A stretch of 64,000 nucleotides of DNA from Octopus vulgaris (GCA_951406725.2 OX597837.1:41168001-41232000); one strand, 5' to 3'; counted from the first letter of the stretch, positions 41,850 through 57,106 are shown. Notes: generated from the letters alone by a model not told the origin. Numbers and translations: made by a program.

Positions 41850-43031
41850 GTATAAACCAGCTTAGAGAAGAAGAAGAAACGAAACGAACCGAAACGAATC
41901 GAATCGAATCGACGCGAGGGCGCTCAGTCATACAATAGTGTAATAAATAAAATATATGCATACATACAAACATATATGTACGTACCTACATCTACATGTA
42001 TATATACATGCATATATAAATATATATACGTGTGTACAGGACACCACAAATAGATGTAGAACTCAACGAGAAACGAAAACGTAAAAACAGCATGGAACGG
42101 ACCATTCTTTTAACAACGAAAAAACAGAGTACAAGACAACTACACAAGAAAAATCCCCTTCATCAGCCGTCCCTAGTTCAACTCCAGCGTGTATATATAT
42201 ATATATATATATATATGTATTTGTATATTGTTGTTGCTTGTTTCTTCTCGAGCCATGCCTGGCTCATAGGAGCCCGTCTCCCGGTTTCCTTGGCGTATAG
42301 GTTCCCCGCCTGGATGGGACGCCGGCCCATCGCAGGTGAGCTACAAGATGCAGGAGGAAAGAGTGAGAGAAAGTTGTGGCGAAAGAGTCAGCAGAAGTTC
42401 CGCCATTACCTTCTTCCGGTGCCGCGTGGAGCTTAGATGTTTCGCTCATAAACACTCACATCTGAGATTCGAACCCGCGATTCCTCGACATACATATACA
42501 GTACACACAAGACGCATACATTCTCAAATATACAGTATATACACATGCGTGAATATATATATTTATATAGAGAACTAATGAAAGAGATGAAGTTACATAA
42601 ATACAGAGACACACAGACATATATTGAAATATTCAGTGCAGTTTTACGTATGCGTAGGATGTGCTTTTTACTCAAATATATATATATGCATGAATATATA
42701 TGTATGTATATATATATATATATATGTATGAATATAAAAGAGAGTTTGAATGAAAAATAGATAGATAGGTAAATAAGAAAATAGATAGATACATACATAC
42801 ATACATAGGCAGATAGAGAAATAGATAGATAGATAGATAGCTAGAGAGAGGGAGGGAGAGAGAGAGAGAGAGAAACAGAGAGAGAGAGAGGGGTGAATTT
42901 ACATAGACAGATAGAGTGAGAGAGAGATAAATAGAGTGAGAGAGAGAGAGAGAGAGGAGAGAGAGTTAGATAGATACATAGGTAAATAGATAGCTAGAGA
43001 GGGGGAGAAAAGGAAAAAAAGAATTTAAAAA

Positions 43032-43091
<60 letters not shown>

Positions 43092-43551
43092 AAAAGATAG
43101 GTAAATAGTTAGATAGATGGAACGTGTGAGAAAGAGAGAAAGGTTGAGAGAGAGAAAGAGAAAGAGCAAGAATTTGTGATATAGAAATGGGAAGAGAGAA
43201 AATTTAGATATGAAAAGATAAGAGAGAGTGAGAAAGAGTGAAAGATGGGAAGAGAAATAAAAGTAAAAAAAAAACAGCAAATGCCAAAAAGGCCTGAATG
43301 TGTGATGAGATGTGGAAAGATTGCGTGAGAAGCGAGAGCAGCAGGAAAAGAGAGGGAGAGAGAGGAGAGAGAGAGAGAGAAGATAATGCTTTTATGGGGA
43401 ACATCCTAGGAATAGCACAAAGTCATACACACACTTACACACACATACACACACACATAGTATACACATGTACTACATCCACGCACACACGTATCACGCC
43501 GCAAGCTTACAACTCATACACACAGATACATAGATATATACATAAATGTAT

Positions 43552-43624
<73 letters not shown>

Positions 43625-43683
43625 TGTATGTATATTCATATATATACATGTGTGTGTTTCTGGATGTGTGTATATAAATATGC

Positions 43684-43765
<82 letters not shown>

Positions 43766-44030
43766 TATAATATATATATATATATAAATATATATATATG
43801 TACGACAGCGTATTTGTATACTATATATTTATGCATACATGTATGTTTATATATCTATGTGTATATAATGTATATACACATAGACATATGCCTGCATATT
43901 TATATATTTACATGACACATACACACACAAAAAAACGCACGCACACACACATATTTATACATACATATACAACTATATATATATATATATACATATGTAC
44001 AAATTCATATATACAAATATGTATAGGTAG

Positions 44031-44066
<36 letters not shown>

Positions 44067-44134
44067 TTATATATGTATATATATGTATATATACGTGTTT
44101 GTTTGGATGGATGGATGGATATACATATATGCAA

Positions 44135-44188
<54 letters not shown>

Positions 44189-44683
44189 TCATACAAATAC
44201 ATATATGCATATATTAATGTCTCGCTTTTGAATATGGTTATAAAATTCTAAGAAATTTTGTTCTACTGTCAGTCTGTGGTGATTTATATGACTTTGAAGT
44301 AGCAAAAATGGTGATGAAAATGGTTGCAAAGAGGCACCGTTCTGTAAGAATATCTGTTTTTGTTTTTGTGACTTTCCATAAGGAAGTTTTTAAATTCTTC
44401 ACTAGCTGATTTGAAGAGTGATTTTGTGATCGGAATGGCGTCGATTGTGGCGGCTTTTCTATGGTGAGAAGCAGTCCTGTGACTGTATGTGTCTTTCTGT
44501 GGCTCTTCGTATCTGTGTGTATGTGTGTGCGTGTGTGTGTGTGTGTGTGTATGTGCGCGTGTGTGTGTATTTGTATTCTTACATTCCTGCACACACACAA
44601 AACACACACAAAAAACACACATGTATATATACACATCCATATGTATTTGGATGATAGTATGTGTGTTTCTATATTTGCGTATG

Positions 44684-44775
<92 letters not shown>

Positions 44776-44965
44776 CATACGCACACCCATACACTCACAC
44801 GCATACACACGCTTACACACACATAATGCAACAAATAAAAATAGAGAAGCAGATACGCAGAGAGACACTTTCTGAAGCAGATAATAAATTTACAAACACA
44901 TTTCGATACATACACATTCTTAGACAGACAGCTAGAGTGATAGACAGACAGACGGACAGACTGAC

Positions 44966-45010
<45 letters not shown>

Positions 45011-45063
45011 CATACATACATACATACATACATACATACATACATACATAGACAGACAGAGAC

Positions 45064-45096
<33 letters not shown>

Positions 45097-45221
45097 GTAA
45101 CAGACAGACAAACAGACAGATATATGGATACATACTTACATACATACATAGACAGACAGACAGACAAACACACAGATAGACAGACAGACAGACTAACAGA
45201 TAGACAGACAGACAGACAGAC

Positions 45222-45274
<53 letters not shown>

Positions 45275-45275
45275 C

Positions 45276-45348
<73 letters not shown>

Positions 45349-45349
45349 A

Positions 45350-45390
<41 letters not shown>

Positions 45391-45832
45391 TACATACAGA
45401 CAGTAAAACAGAGAGATAGTCATCCATACATACATACTGTTAGAATTTGCAGAAACTCACTGAAATCTATTTCTGCGATCGATATATTTTGGTATCGCTT
45501 CTTTGACTGCACCACTTGAGAAAATCGTTTAATACGAGATCGAACCTTATTATAGCTTCCGATATCATATACAGATCATTTCGTATCATTTAGGAATTAA
45601 GCATGATCTGGAATTATTGTGAATCCTAAATTAGGATATCTGGGACCATCAGGCATTTTGTATTCATTCTATTCTGATTTTCGCGACTTAAGGAATGAGA
45701 TACTGTGATTTTTCCGGGAATTAATTCCAAGAGTAATTGGGCAATAAGGCGTTATATAGATACGCTACGCATACACACAAGATACACATACATCACACAC
45801 ACACACACACACACACAAATATAAATGCATAA

Positions 45833-45909
<77 letters not shown>

Positions 45910-45992
45910 GGTCCCGGGTTGATTCGGGGTTAACCACAGTAAATAAGGTACTCAATACATAGCAGAGTAAAATTAATTTATTATATAGAAGG

Positions 45993-46041
45993 AGCTTCTA
46001 CAGACAGAACTGTTTCATTCAAGAGAAATCTTCAGGAAGCT
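45993..46041 (-). ncRNA. Type I hammerhead ribozyme motif (mirror copy)
   Basis: Minus strand agcttc-CTGAAGA-tttctcttgaat-GAAA-cag ttctgt ctg-TA-gaagct. Confidence 0.72.
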
Positions 46042-46467
46042 AGTTAACAAGAATTGTATTGGCATTTATACATTTAGGCAGGTTTAAAGGGGTGGTGGTG
46101 GGGGACTTTTGGGGGTAGGCATAGCGCAAAAAAATCATACTTGGGGAGTGGTCAAGGAGTCAGTGGTAAATTAGATAGAAGAATAAATAAAAGAATAAAA
46201 AAGGGAGAATAAAAAAATATATAGAGGAATAGAGTTTTAGGTAAATAAGGAAAATCTCACTTATACCTAAAACTCTATTCCTCTATATATTTTTTTATTC
46301 TCCCTTTTTTTTATTCTTTTATTTATTCTTCTATCTAATTTACCACTGACTCCTTGACCACTCCCCCAAGTATGATTTTTTTGCTATGCCTACCCCCAAA
46401 AAGTCCCCCACCACCACCCCTTTAAACCTGCCTAAATGTATAAATGCCAATACAATTCTTGTTAACT

Positions 46468-46518
46468 AGCTTCCTGAAGATTTCTCTTGAATGAAACAGT
46501 TCTAGTCCTGTAGAAGCT
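46468..46518 (+). ncRNA. Type I hammerhead ribozyme motif
   Basis: agcttc-CTGAAGA-tttctcttgaat-GAAA-cag ttctagtc ctg-TA-gaagct: 6-bp stem I, intact core, paired stem III, GUA cleavage triplet. Confidence 0.75.
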
Positions 46519-46523
46519 CCTTC

Positions 46524-46556
<33 letters not shown>

Positions 46557-46711
46557 CACGCACACACATGTATATATATCTAAATAGATATGCGTTACGT
46601 ATATATATACTTATATACTATGGTATATATGTGTGTGTGTGCGTGTGTTTGTGCATTATGTATATTTGTATATATTTATGTGTGTGTATATATACATATA
46701 TATATAGAGAA

Positions 46712-46762
<51 letters not shown>

Positions 46763-46836
46763 GGTGGAGGGGCAATTATGCGGATAAATAAATTCGATAT
46801 ATTAAATATAACAGTCTGGATATGAAGTACAATATA

Positions 46837-46911
<75 letters not shown>

Positions 46912-47043
46912 GCGAAATGAGATAAAGGAAAAAGTGGAAACTTTCAGACGATAAATATTTAAGTATAAATATACAGACATTTATATTAACAGATCCAACA
47001 AACGACAGAAGAAATGAAAGGGATGGAAGAAAGTTGTTATAAG

Positions 47044-47165
47044 TCCGACAGCTGTTTCTGGGTGCTCGGAGATCCATTATAATGTTGGTAGATGTAGTTG
47101 ATCTCAATATGCAGCCGTAATGCAAGCAATCATCATTGGATAAGACGAGCTTCCGTAATCAGGAT
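47044..47165 (-). ncRNA. Degenerate hammerhead motif with extended stem II (homolog of 26114-26204)
   Basis: CTGATTA-cggaagctcg...cgagcaccca-GAAA-cagctg-TC-gga: GUC triplet and palindromic ACAGCTGT, but core G8 is mutated. Confidence 0.5.
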
Positions 47166-47707
47166 AAAAAAGATCTTACTTTTCAGATCTTTATAGAGAT
47201 AAGTAGAGAAGTTTATCTTTGAACGTCTCTGCATTAAGATTTTCTATTACGGCCACATATGGGGGTGAACTACTTCTGCCAATATTATGATGGATCTCTA
47301 TTTTAGGTACGAGTACCATCAACATATTCTAGTTAAGATTAAGAGCGAAACATTTCTTATGTAACGAGAAACTGAGTTACATCACCTGACGAAATGCTCC
47401 TGCACAATGTGGTGCACCATAATTCATTATATAATTTCCCACCCGCGACAGAGCGATGCACAATGTGACAAAACGATTGTTGTGATGAATAAAGTTTCCA
47501 GTATATTCTATGTTCCGTATCCATTGTTTCTACTATACTCAACGTGTACTGAGCAATTCCTAACGAATGTGCAATTACAGTGGATGACGCCAGGTAAACA
47601 TAGCCAGCGAACGTGCTTTGCCGGCATACTACTAGGGACTTACCCAATACGCAAAGTTTAAATTTTAAATTTAAATTTAAAATTTAATCTTAACTTTTAT
47701 ATATAAG

Positions 47708-47940
47708 GGAGAGGCAGCTGAGAGGGCCTCTTGTTGGCTTTGGAACAAAAGAGTAGAGTTAAGCTGGAAGCCAGGAGGAGAGAAGAAACAGTGACTTGGC
47801 CAACTCTGCTGACCCACAAACGGGTGGATGTTACGGTTCAGGGTCGAAACATCCGATGAACGTTGGATACCGTCTGACGACATCAGGAAACGATGGCCAA
47901 AGCTCCATTCACTTTGGTGAATGAGAAAAGCACCTCCTAA
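47708..47940 (+). mobile_element. 3' end of a Hero-like (RLE) non-LTR retrotransposon
   Basis: 47708-47794 encodes GEAAERASCWLWNKRVELSWKPGGEKKQ*, matching the AE-x-AS-x-WLW-x-KR C-terminus recalled for Hero-clade ORFs. A ~145-nt 3' UTR runs directly into (CTA)n. Confidence 0.6.
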
Positions 47941-47999
47941 CTACTACTACTACGACTACTACTACTACCACTACCACCACCACCACCACCACCACCACC

Positions 48000-48034
<35 letters not shown>

Positions 48035-48035
48035 A

Positions 48036-48124
<89 letters not shown>

Positions 48125-48125
48125 A

Positions 48126-48157
<32 letters not shown>

Positions 48158-48212
48158 AACTACTACTACTACTACTACTACTGCTACTACTACTACTACT
48201 ACTACTACTACA

Positions 48213-48256
<44 letters not shown>

Positions 48257-48257
48257 A

Positions 48258-48292
<35 letters not shown>

Positions 48293-48293
48293 A

Positions 48294-48328
<35 letters not shown>

Positions 48329-48348
48329 AACTACTACTACTACTACTG

Positions 48349-48380
<32 letters not shown>

Positions 48381-48533
48381 GCTTGCGCTGCCACTACTAC
48401 TGCTACTGATGCAACTGCTACTGCCACACCTACTACTACAACCACTACTACTGCTACTGCTGCAGCTACTACTGCTACTACTACGACTACCACTACTGTT
48501 ACTGCTGTTACTACTACTACTACTACTACTACT
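47940..48533. repeat. Long (CTA)n/(CCA)n trinucleotide array
   Basis: About 600 bp of direct triplet repeat; explains the poly-V/S/Y ORFs. Confidence 0.95.
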
Positions 48534-48857
48534 TCTATATGTAATTTTGGGTGGAGACCAGAAAGTTTTCGGGGGCGGAGATAAGAAGAGGGAACTGGAG
48601 GAGGCAGGAAAGAAAGAAAAAAAGTGAAAAAGTGTAAAGACTGCAAGAAAAAAAGTGTGAAAACGCAATTTTGTACAAAAAGCGAGAAGAAAGCCATGAG
48701 ATAAAGGAAATAAAATTTTTAATGGAGGACGATAAACAGGAAGTGAAGACGTAAAAGAAAAAGGGAGGAGGAGAGAAACAGACGAAGAAAAGATGACAAA
48801 TATATATACATACATACATACATGCATACATACATACATTCATACATACATACATAT

Positions 48858-48888
<31 letters not shown>

Positions 48889-49039
48889 TATGTATGTATA
48901 TATATACATATATATATATATATATGTATGTATATATATATACATATACACATATGTATATATATATATAAATACACATGTATATATATGCATATATATA
49001 TATATATTTATATATATATGTATGTATACTTATACATGC

Positions 49040-49132
<93 letters not shown>

Positions 49133-49154
49133 TGTATATATATATATGTCTGCA

Positions 49155-49196
<42 letters not shown>

Positions 49197-49228
49197 TATA
49201 TATATACATACATATATACATACATTCT

Positions 49229-49260
<32 letters not shown>

Positions 49261-49669
49261 AATATATAAATGTATATAAAAAACTTTAAAAAACAAGGTT
49301 TGTTCTTTTGGTTTTCAATATGTAACTATATTTGAATGTCCTTGTCATTTATTATTTTTTTTGTTGAATTCGATAAGCAACTGTTGTTGTTGATATTGTT
49401 GTTGCTGTTGTTGTAGTTATCATCGTCGTCGTCGTCGTTGTTGTTGTTGTTGTTTTTTATTATTGTAATATGGCGGAATATAAATGCGCCGGAGAAATTC
49501 AATATAGTTGAAATTGTTTGTATGAATATATTTTTCATTCAAAGTTATTCAATGAATGAAGGAAGGAAGAAAGGAAGGAAAGAAGGAAGGAAGGAAAGAA
49601 GGAAGGAATGAAGAATAATCTACATATCGTGACTCCACGTTGTTGGAGCTATAACTGTTGTTGTTTTAT

Positions 49670-49704
49670 TTTTATTATTATTGTTATTATTATTATTATT
49701 ATTA

Positions 49705-49742
<38 letters not shown>

Positions 49743-49969
49743 CATTATTATTATTATTATCATTATTATTATTATTACTATCATTATTATTGTTATTATT
49801 ACTATCATTATTATCATTATTATTATTATTATTATCATTATTATTATTATTATTATCATTATTATTATTTTTTTTAATTATTATTATTATTATTATTATT
49901 ATTATTTATTATTATTATTATTATTAATAATAATTATTATTATTATTATCATTATTATTATTATCATTA

Positions 49970-50065
<96 letters not shown>

Positions 50066-50080
50066 ATTATCATCAATATT
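49670..50080. repeat. (TTA)n array
   Basis: Direct triplet repeat. Confidence 0.95.
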
Positions 50081-50986
50081 ATTTTTATCTTACATTATTA
50101 TTGTTGTGTTGCTGTTGCTATTGCTGTTGTTATTTATATTATATGCAATTAATATCTTTATTATGATTATAATAATGATTATTATAATTGTTGTTGTTGC
50201 TGTTATTTTCGTTGTTGTTGTTGTTGTTGTTGCTGTTTCTTTTACATAATAAAGAGCCTTTAGAAACCAATCGACTTTAAAACGAATACATTTTACCGAC
50301 ATCTTCCCCTTTACGTCTCTTTCTTTTTTCCTTCATAATCTCCTTCTTTTTCTTCTTCTACTTCCTTGCGCCGTCGCTGCTGTTGGTTCGCAGTTTCTGC
50401 AGTTTGAAGAAGCAGAGTCATCTTATTTTCCCAGTGCAGATCGCTGCTCCGTCTGGTGGTTAAGATTCAACTATGATAAACTCGAACAGAATGTTATCAA
50501 CAAGCTACATTGATGAAATCTCAGATAAAGCTGCATAATGGCGGCTGTTGAAAAGTTCGCTCCGATTCGATTCGCGCTTTTTAATTTTCCTTTATTTCTT
50601 TATTTTACTGCTTTTCTTCTCTCTCTCCTACTTCCTCTTCCTCTTCAGCGAAAGGAAATCATTGAAGCGTGATGTCGCTACAGTTTTAATATTCCCTCCC
50701 CCTTCTCTCGTCCTCTCTTCTTTTATGACTTCCATTTTCTTAAATAGCTTCGATTTGTCAAGAAATTTATCAATTTGAATATTAGCCTAATAATATGAGA
50801 GATCGATGGAGGAAAGATAGAGAGAGAAGACGAAACAATAGCAAATTGGTGCATAGATAATAAACACGTGTAAACGACCCCTTTCTTCCCCTTCTCTCAT
50901 CATTTAATTGTCTATCTATCTACCTAAATCACTGTCTATCTATCTGTCTATCTATCTACATATCTATTTATCTATCTATCTAAATG

Positions 50987-51025
<39 letters not shown>

Positions 51026-51193
51026 GTCGATCAATCCATCTATCTATCTATCTATCTACCAATCTATCTATTTATCTATCTACCTGTCTGTCTGTGGCTA
51101 TCTGTCTATCTATCTATCGATTTATCTATCTATCTATCTAACTATCTATCTTTCTGTCTGTCTGCTTCTCTATCTGTCTATCTATCTATCTAA

Positions 51194-51303
<110 letters not shown>

Positions 51304-51333
51304 GTCTCTCTGTCTCTCTGTCTCTCTCTCTCG

Positions 51334-51371
<38 letters not shown>

Positions 51372-51396
51372 GTCTCTCTGTCTCTCTGTCTCTCTG

Positions 51397-51460
<64 letters not shown>

Positions 51461-51652
51461 ACGCACTCACTCACTACCTGGCTAAGGACATATCTACCTA
51501 TCTTTCTATATAGATATCGACATCTTCCTTTCACTTTGTATCTCTCTTTGCCTTTCATTCCATTACTCTCTCTCTCTCTCTCTCTCAATCACTTTCTCTC
51601 TCTCCTTCTTTCTCTCTCTCTCTGTCACTCTCAATCACTTTCTCTCTCTCCT

Positions 51653-51698
<46 letters not shown>

Positions 51699-52009
51699 CA
51701 GTATGCATGTATGTGAATGTGTTGTGTGTATTTAAATATACATATATTTGATATACACAAACAGACACATATACACGCGCAAAGAAGAAGAACAACAACA
51801 TCAAGAATGTATTTGTCTTATTTTTTTTTTGCATATGAGTAACTTTGTATCTAATCAACCCTGGTGTGCTTTAATACTCGTCTACATACACACACGTAGA
51901 CTGGCACACATATACACACTTCTATACATGTCAGTATATCAATATTTATAAGTATATACACATACGTGTACTTAAATATATGTTTATATATGTATATACA
52001 TATACATAA

Positions 52010-52066
<57 letters not shown>

Positions 52067-52269
52067 CATAAATACATATATGCATATATATACATATACA
52101 TAAATACATACATATATGTATATGTATATATGTATATATGTATACATATACATAAATACATATATACATACAAATGTATATATATTCGCTCATTAACACA
52201 CATACATACGTACATATTTCTATATAAGTATACATACATATTTATATTTATGTAGAATATACAATTATA

Positions 52270-52311
<42 letters not shown>

Positions 52312-52857
52312 AGAGAGAAAGATATGTATGTATGTATGTTTGTACAAACACACACATAACATATAGGTGTGTGTATTGGTGTGTGTGTGTGCGTGTGTGT
52401 GTGTGTGTGTGAAGACATGTGTCATTCGTTGAAACAAACAAAATAAAATGGAAAACTTCAGAGCGATTTATGGAATGAAGCAGCGATGTAGGAACAGAGA
52501 TCATCTATAAGATAGATAGGGGTGGGCGGTTGTGGTAGTGATGGTGGGATTATTGATGGTAACGGCGACAATTGTGACGATGGCAATGGTGGAAGTGGTG
52601 GTGCCGGCGATGCTGGTGGTAGCGGTGGTGGTGGTGGTGGAGAAAGCGTGTGGTGATGTCGGCTGTGGTAGTTGTGGACGTGGTAGTAGTAGTGGTGTTT
52701 GTGGTATTGGTTGTGGTTGTGGTGGTTGTGGTGGCGGTGGTAGTGGTGGTAGTGATGTTCGTTGTTGTTGCTATAGGGATATTGCTGATGATGATATTGA
52801 TGAAGAAGAGGAGGAGGAGGAGAGACTGATGACGACGTCGGTGGCAGCTACGGCAAC

Positions 52858-52909
<52 letters not shown>

Positions 52910-53754
52910 GTGATGATAATGATGAAGAGGAGGGGAGGAGGAGATACTGACGACGACGGCGGTGGCGACTACGGCAACGACGGCGATGATGATGATGATG
53001 ACGACGACGACGACAACGACAACAACGATGATGATGATGAGGAGGAGGAGGAGGATGATGATGAAAACGGTGATCGATGGTATTGATGATGGCGATGCCG
53101 AAAACGATCGATGATAATGATGATGACGACGACGACGATGATGATGATGATGATGGTTATGGTGATGAGGATGATGATGGCGCTATTGAAGATTTTCTTG
53201 AGGTTACTTTACATAAACTTCAAAATGTTATTTGAAAAGAATTCTATTTGATGGATAAAGAAAAGTGAGGCGACTGCGCGCGCATGTGCGCGTGGGAGAG
53301 AGGGAGAGAGAGAGGGAGGGAGAGAGAGAGAAAGAGCGATTGTGTGAGAGAAAAGGAGAGAGGTGGACGAGCAGGAGAAGAAGGGTGAGGAAGTGAGATT
53401 GAATGTTGTATATAGAGAAACGAGTGTATGAGCGAGAATGTGTACGTGTGTGTGTGCGCGCATGTGTGTGTGTGTGTATGTGAGCTTGTATAAGACAGAG
53501 GTAGAAAGGGAGAGAGAGAAAGAGAAAGAAGGAGAGAGAGTAGTTGATAGATAAAGAGATGCGCACGCGTGTTTCGGTGCACCGAGTGAGCACTGAAGAC
53601 GTGTGTATGGATATGTGTTTGCTATTGAGATCATTATAAGCCTATATGCATGTGAACCTATTTGTATGCGTATGTGTGCACCTAATATGCATCAGCAAGT
53701 GTGCAACTGTTTCATTGCACGATTTTGCAATGTATAGCTATGTCTATATATATA

Positions 53755-54390
53755 TGTATGTATTAATGTATGTATGTATGTATGTATGTATGTATGTATG
53801 TATGTATGTATGTATGTATGTATGTATGTGTGTGTATGTATGTATGTATTAATGTATGTATGTATGTATGTATGTATGTATGTATGTATGTATGTATGTA
53901 TGTATGTATGTATGTATGTATGTATGTATGTATGTATGTATGTATGTATGTATGTATGTACGTACGTACGTACGTACGTATGTATGTATGTATGTATGTA
54001 TGTGTGTGTATGTATGTATTAATGTATGTATGTATGTATGTATGTATGTATGTATGTATATGTATGTATGTATGTATGTACGTACGTACGTACGTACGTA
54101 TGTATGTATGTATGTATGTATGTATGCGTGTATCTATGTATGTACGTATGTATGTATGTATGCACGTATGTATGTATGTATGTATGTATGTATGTATGTG
54201 TGTATGTATGTATGTATGTATGTGTGTGTATGTATGTATGTATGTATGTATGTATGTATTTATGTATGTATGTATGTATGTATGTGTGTATGTATGTATG
54301 TATGTATGTATGTATGCGTGTATGTATGTATGTATGTATATATGTATGCGTGTATGTATGTATGTATGCGTATATGTATGTGTATGTGCA
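53755..54390. repeat. (TATG)n array
   Basis: Direct tetranucleotide repeat. Confidence 0.95.
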
Positions 54391-54763
54391 TTTATGTGAG
54401 TATGAATGTATAGCAAATTGGATGCGAAAGTGTGTTAGTGGGGAATGGAAACAGAGAGAGAGACTAGAGGGTGAGGGAGAGGGAGAAAGAAAGAAAGAGT
54501 GGAATTAAGAATAAAAGGAGAGAGAGAGAGAGAGAGAGAGAGGAGAGGTAAAAGAGATATTAATGTGATAAAGTATCAGGATGAAGTTAAACATGAAAGA
54601 GGATAAGATGAGAAGAAAGGGAGGAGGGGGAGGGGGAGAGGGAGCGGGAGGAGGGAGGAGGAGGGGGAGGAGGGAGATTTATGATGATAAGATGGAATTC
54701 CATATATACATATTTGTACGTATGCATGTATGTCTGCCCCCTCTCTCTCTCTCTTTTTATGTA

Positions 54764-54818
<55 letters not shown>

Positions 54819-55794
54819 TTCATATATATATATGTACGTATGCATATATATATATATGCATATAAACGTGTATGTCTATAAACGTGTATATATACATATA
54901 TCTATATCTATCTATCTATCTATCTATCTATATATATATATATATATATATCTGTGTGTATGTGTGTGTGTATGCATATATGGAATTTATATGTACTGCG
55001 TTGTTATGCGCGAGGTTTAAAAGAAATGGTATAGAGCAAAAGAACCTGAAGCGGATTCTCCAAATATAATCAATCAGTGGCACAGTGAAGATCTGTAAGA
55101 CATTCCAAAAATTCCCCATCTGAGATTTTGCAGGTAAACAGATGCACAAAGAATTGTGCTTGTGCATCGACAGTTCAATCTACACATCGACTCAAACACA
55201 TATTCACAAACACTGGGAACTCTATTAAATCAAGAAGTCTTGTCGCGTTGTTAGCGACCAGCTCGAACTCTTTAAAGAACTCAAATACAACTTAAATAAA
55301 TCGCACTTTTAGACTTAAAGCTGTATCTTCTTCATTTCTTATTTATTTCGTCTTTGTCCTTCGTCCATTGTCTTGAATTATATTAAATCACTTTCGTATA
55401 TCCACTTCCGTATCGCCTGTATTACATCTCAGTCTTATCATTAATCACAAGAGCAGCATGCTCCACGAGTGGGACAGCTGGTTTACCACCCGGCCACCCG
55501 ACCATGGAACAGGTAGAAATAAATGTTCTACATAGCACCAGTAGCATCACCGGAATTGGGTTTTTTTACTCTTGCAAACAAATCGACTAATCAGATCTCA
55601 GATCTACCCATGATACACAGTCTATTAGGCCTATGGCTCGGAACTATTTATATGGCCAAGCTGGAGCATAGCGATTTGAAAACCTAACATATTTCAGCTT
55701 TCTTCATACAACCACTACCATCACCACTACCATTATCACGACCACCACCACTAACACCACAACTGTCACCATCACCACTACTACTAATACCACT

Positions 55795-56090
55795 CCAAAT
55801 ATCAGAAACCAACCCCATCGCCACCACCACCACTACTAACACAATTACCACAGCCACCACCATCACCACCACCACCACCACTATTACTGATATCACAAAC
55901 CAACCCCATCGCCACCACCACTGCTACTAACACAATTACCACAGTCACCACCATCACCACCACCACCACCACTATTACTAATACCATTACAAATATCACA
56001 AACCAACCCCATCGCCACCACCACCAGCACTAACACCATTACTACAGCCACCACCGTCATCACCATCACCACCACCATCACCACTGTCGC
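55795..56090. repeat. Three ~90-100-bp tandem units built on (CCA)n
   Basis: atatca(c/g)aaaccaaccccatcgccaccacca...ctaacac at about 55800, 55890 and 55993. Confidence 0.7.
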
Positions 56091-57046
56091 CGCCATCATC
56101 ACACCACCACCACCATCATTACTACCACCATCGGCACTACAACCACTAACAATAACAACGCTACTACCCTCACCATCGCCACCATCACTGCAATCACCAC
56201 CACCACCACCACCACAACTACCATCACCTCCATCATCACCTCCACTACCACCTCTGTCTCCACCAAAGCAATGAAAAATTCAATATCACTGAAACGCGCC
56301 GACCGTGACAACCAATACTTTAACTACAACCTACCAACACCACCAACGATAGCCACCACCACCACCACCATCACCACCCATACTATCGCCCATACCATTC
56401 AACATGGCAGCTATAACACGGTCACCGTTATCATCTTTTATAGCACTGTCTCTTACATTGGCAACAACAACAACTGCAACAGCAAAAATAATAATAATAA
56501 GAAGAAGAAGAATCATCACAACAATAAAGTCAACAACAACAACAACAACAAAATTAACAAAAACAATAGGAACAACAACAAAAACAACAACAACAACAAC
56601 AGCAAAAACAATCATTACAACCTTAACCATCACCGTCTGAATAGACTACCACCGCCAAGCAATCAATACCACCACCACCACCACCAGCAACACCAACACC
56701 ACCAAGACCACTGCCATCACCATCACCATCACCATCGCCATCATCATCAGTTCTGCCATCACCAACACTACCGTGTCACCATCATAGCATTATTCCATCA
56801 CCACCACCACCACCACCACCATCATCTTCATCATCATCATCATCATCGTCCTCAGCAATACAACAACCACCACCATCAACACCACCACCACCACCACCAC
56901 CGTTACTATTATCATCACCATCAATGACACACTGATAACCACCACCACCACCACCACCCTAGCCCATCGTTCCCGACCCCACCCCTATACATACACAAAG
57001 CCAATATTTAGTTAGAGTCGGTGAGCGTCCAGCGGAACGTCTGGGA

Positions 57047-57106
<60 letters not shown>

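Larger units (their letters stand above)
45907..46531. mobile_element. Penelope-like pseudo-LTR fold-back element (inverted arms) in (TA)n
   Basis: Arms at about 45980-46243 and 46264-46531 are near-perfect reverse complements, each with a hammerhead motif. There is a ~75-nt unpaired extension on the left and (TA)n on both flanks. Confidence 0.75.

Noticed and set aside
42030-42190. CTGATGA on the minus strand in a TA-flanked insert
   Set aside because: No GAAA-stem III-UH at a suitable distance.
47170-47660. Possible Penelope RT/GIY-YIG remnant next to the hammerhead
   Set aside because: The translations examined show no RT or GIY-YIG motif.
47872-47900. CTGACGA-catcag-GAAA
   Set aside because: No valid UH triplet or stems; probably chance within the LINE UTR.
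52532-53086. 184-aa ORF with Cys/Gly, poly-M and acidic runs
   Set aside because: Mosaic of (GGT)n, (GAT)n and (GAC)n repeats; no recognisable domain.
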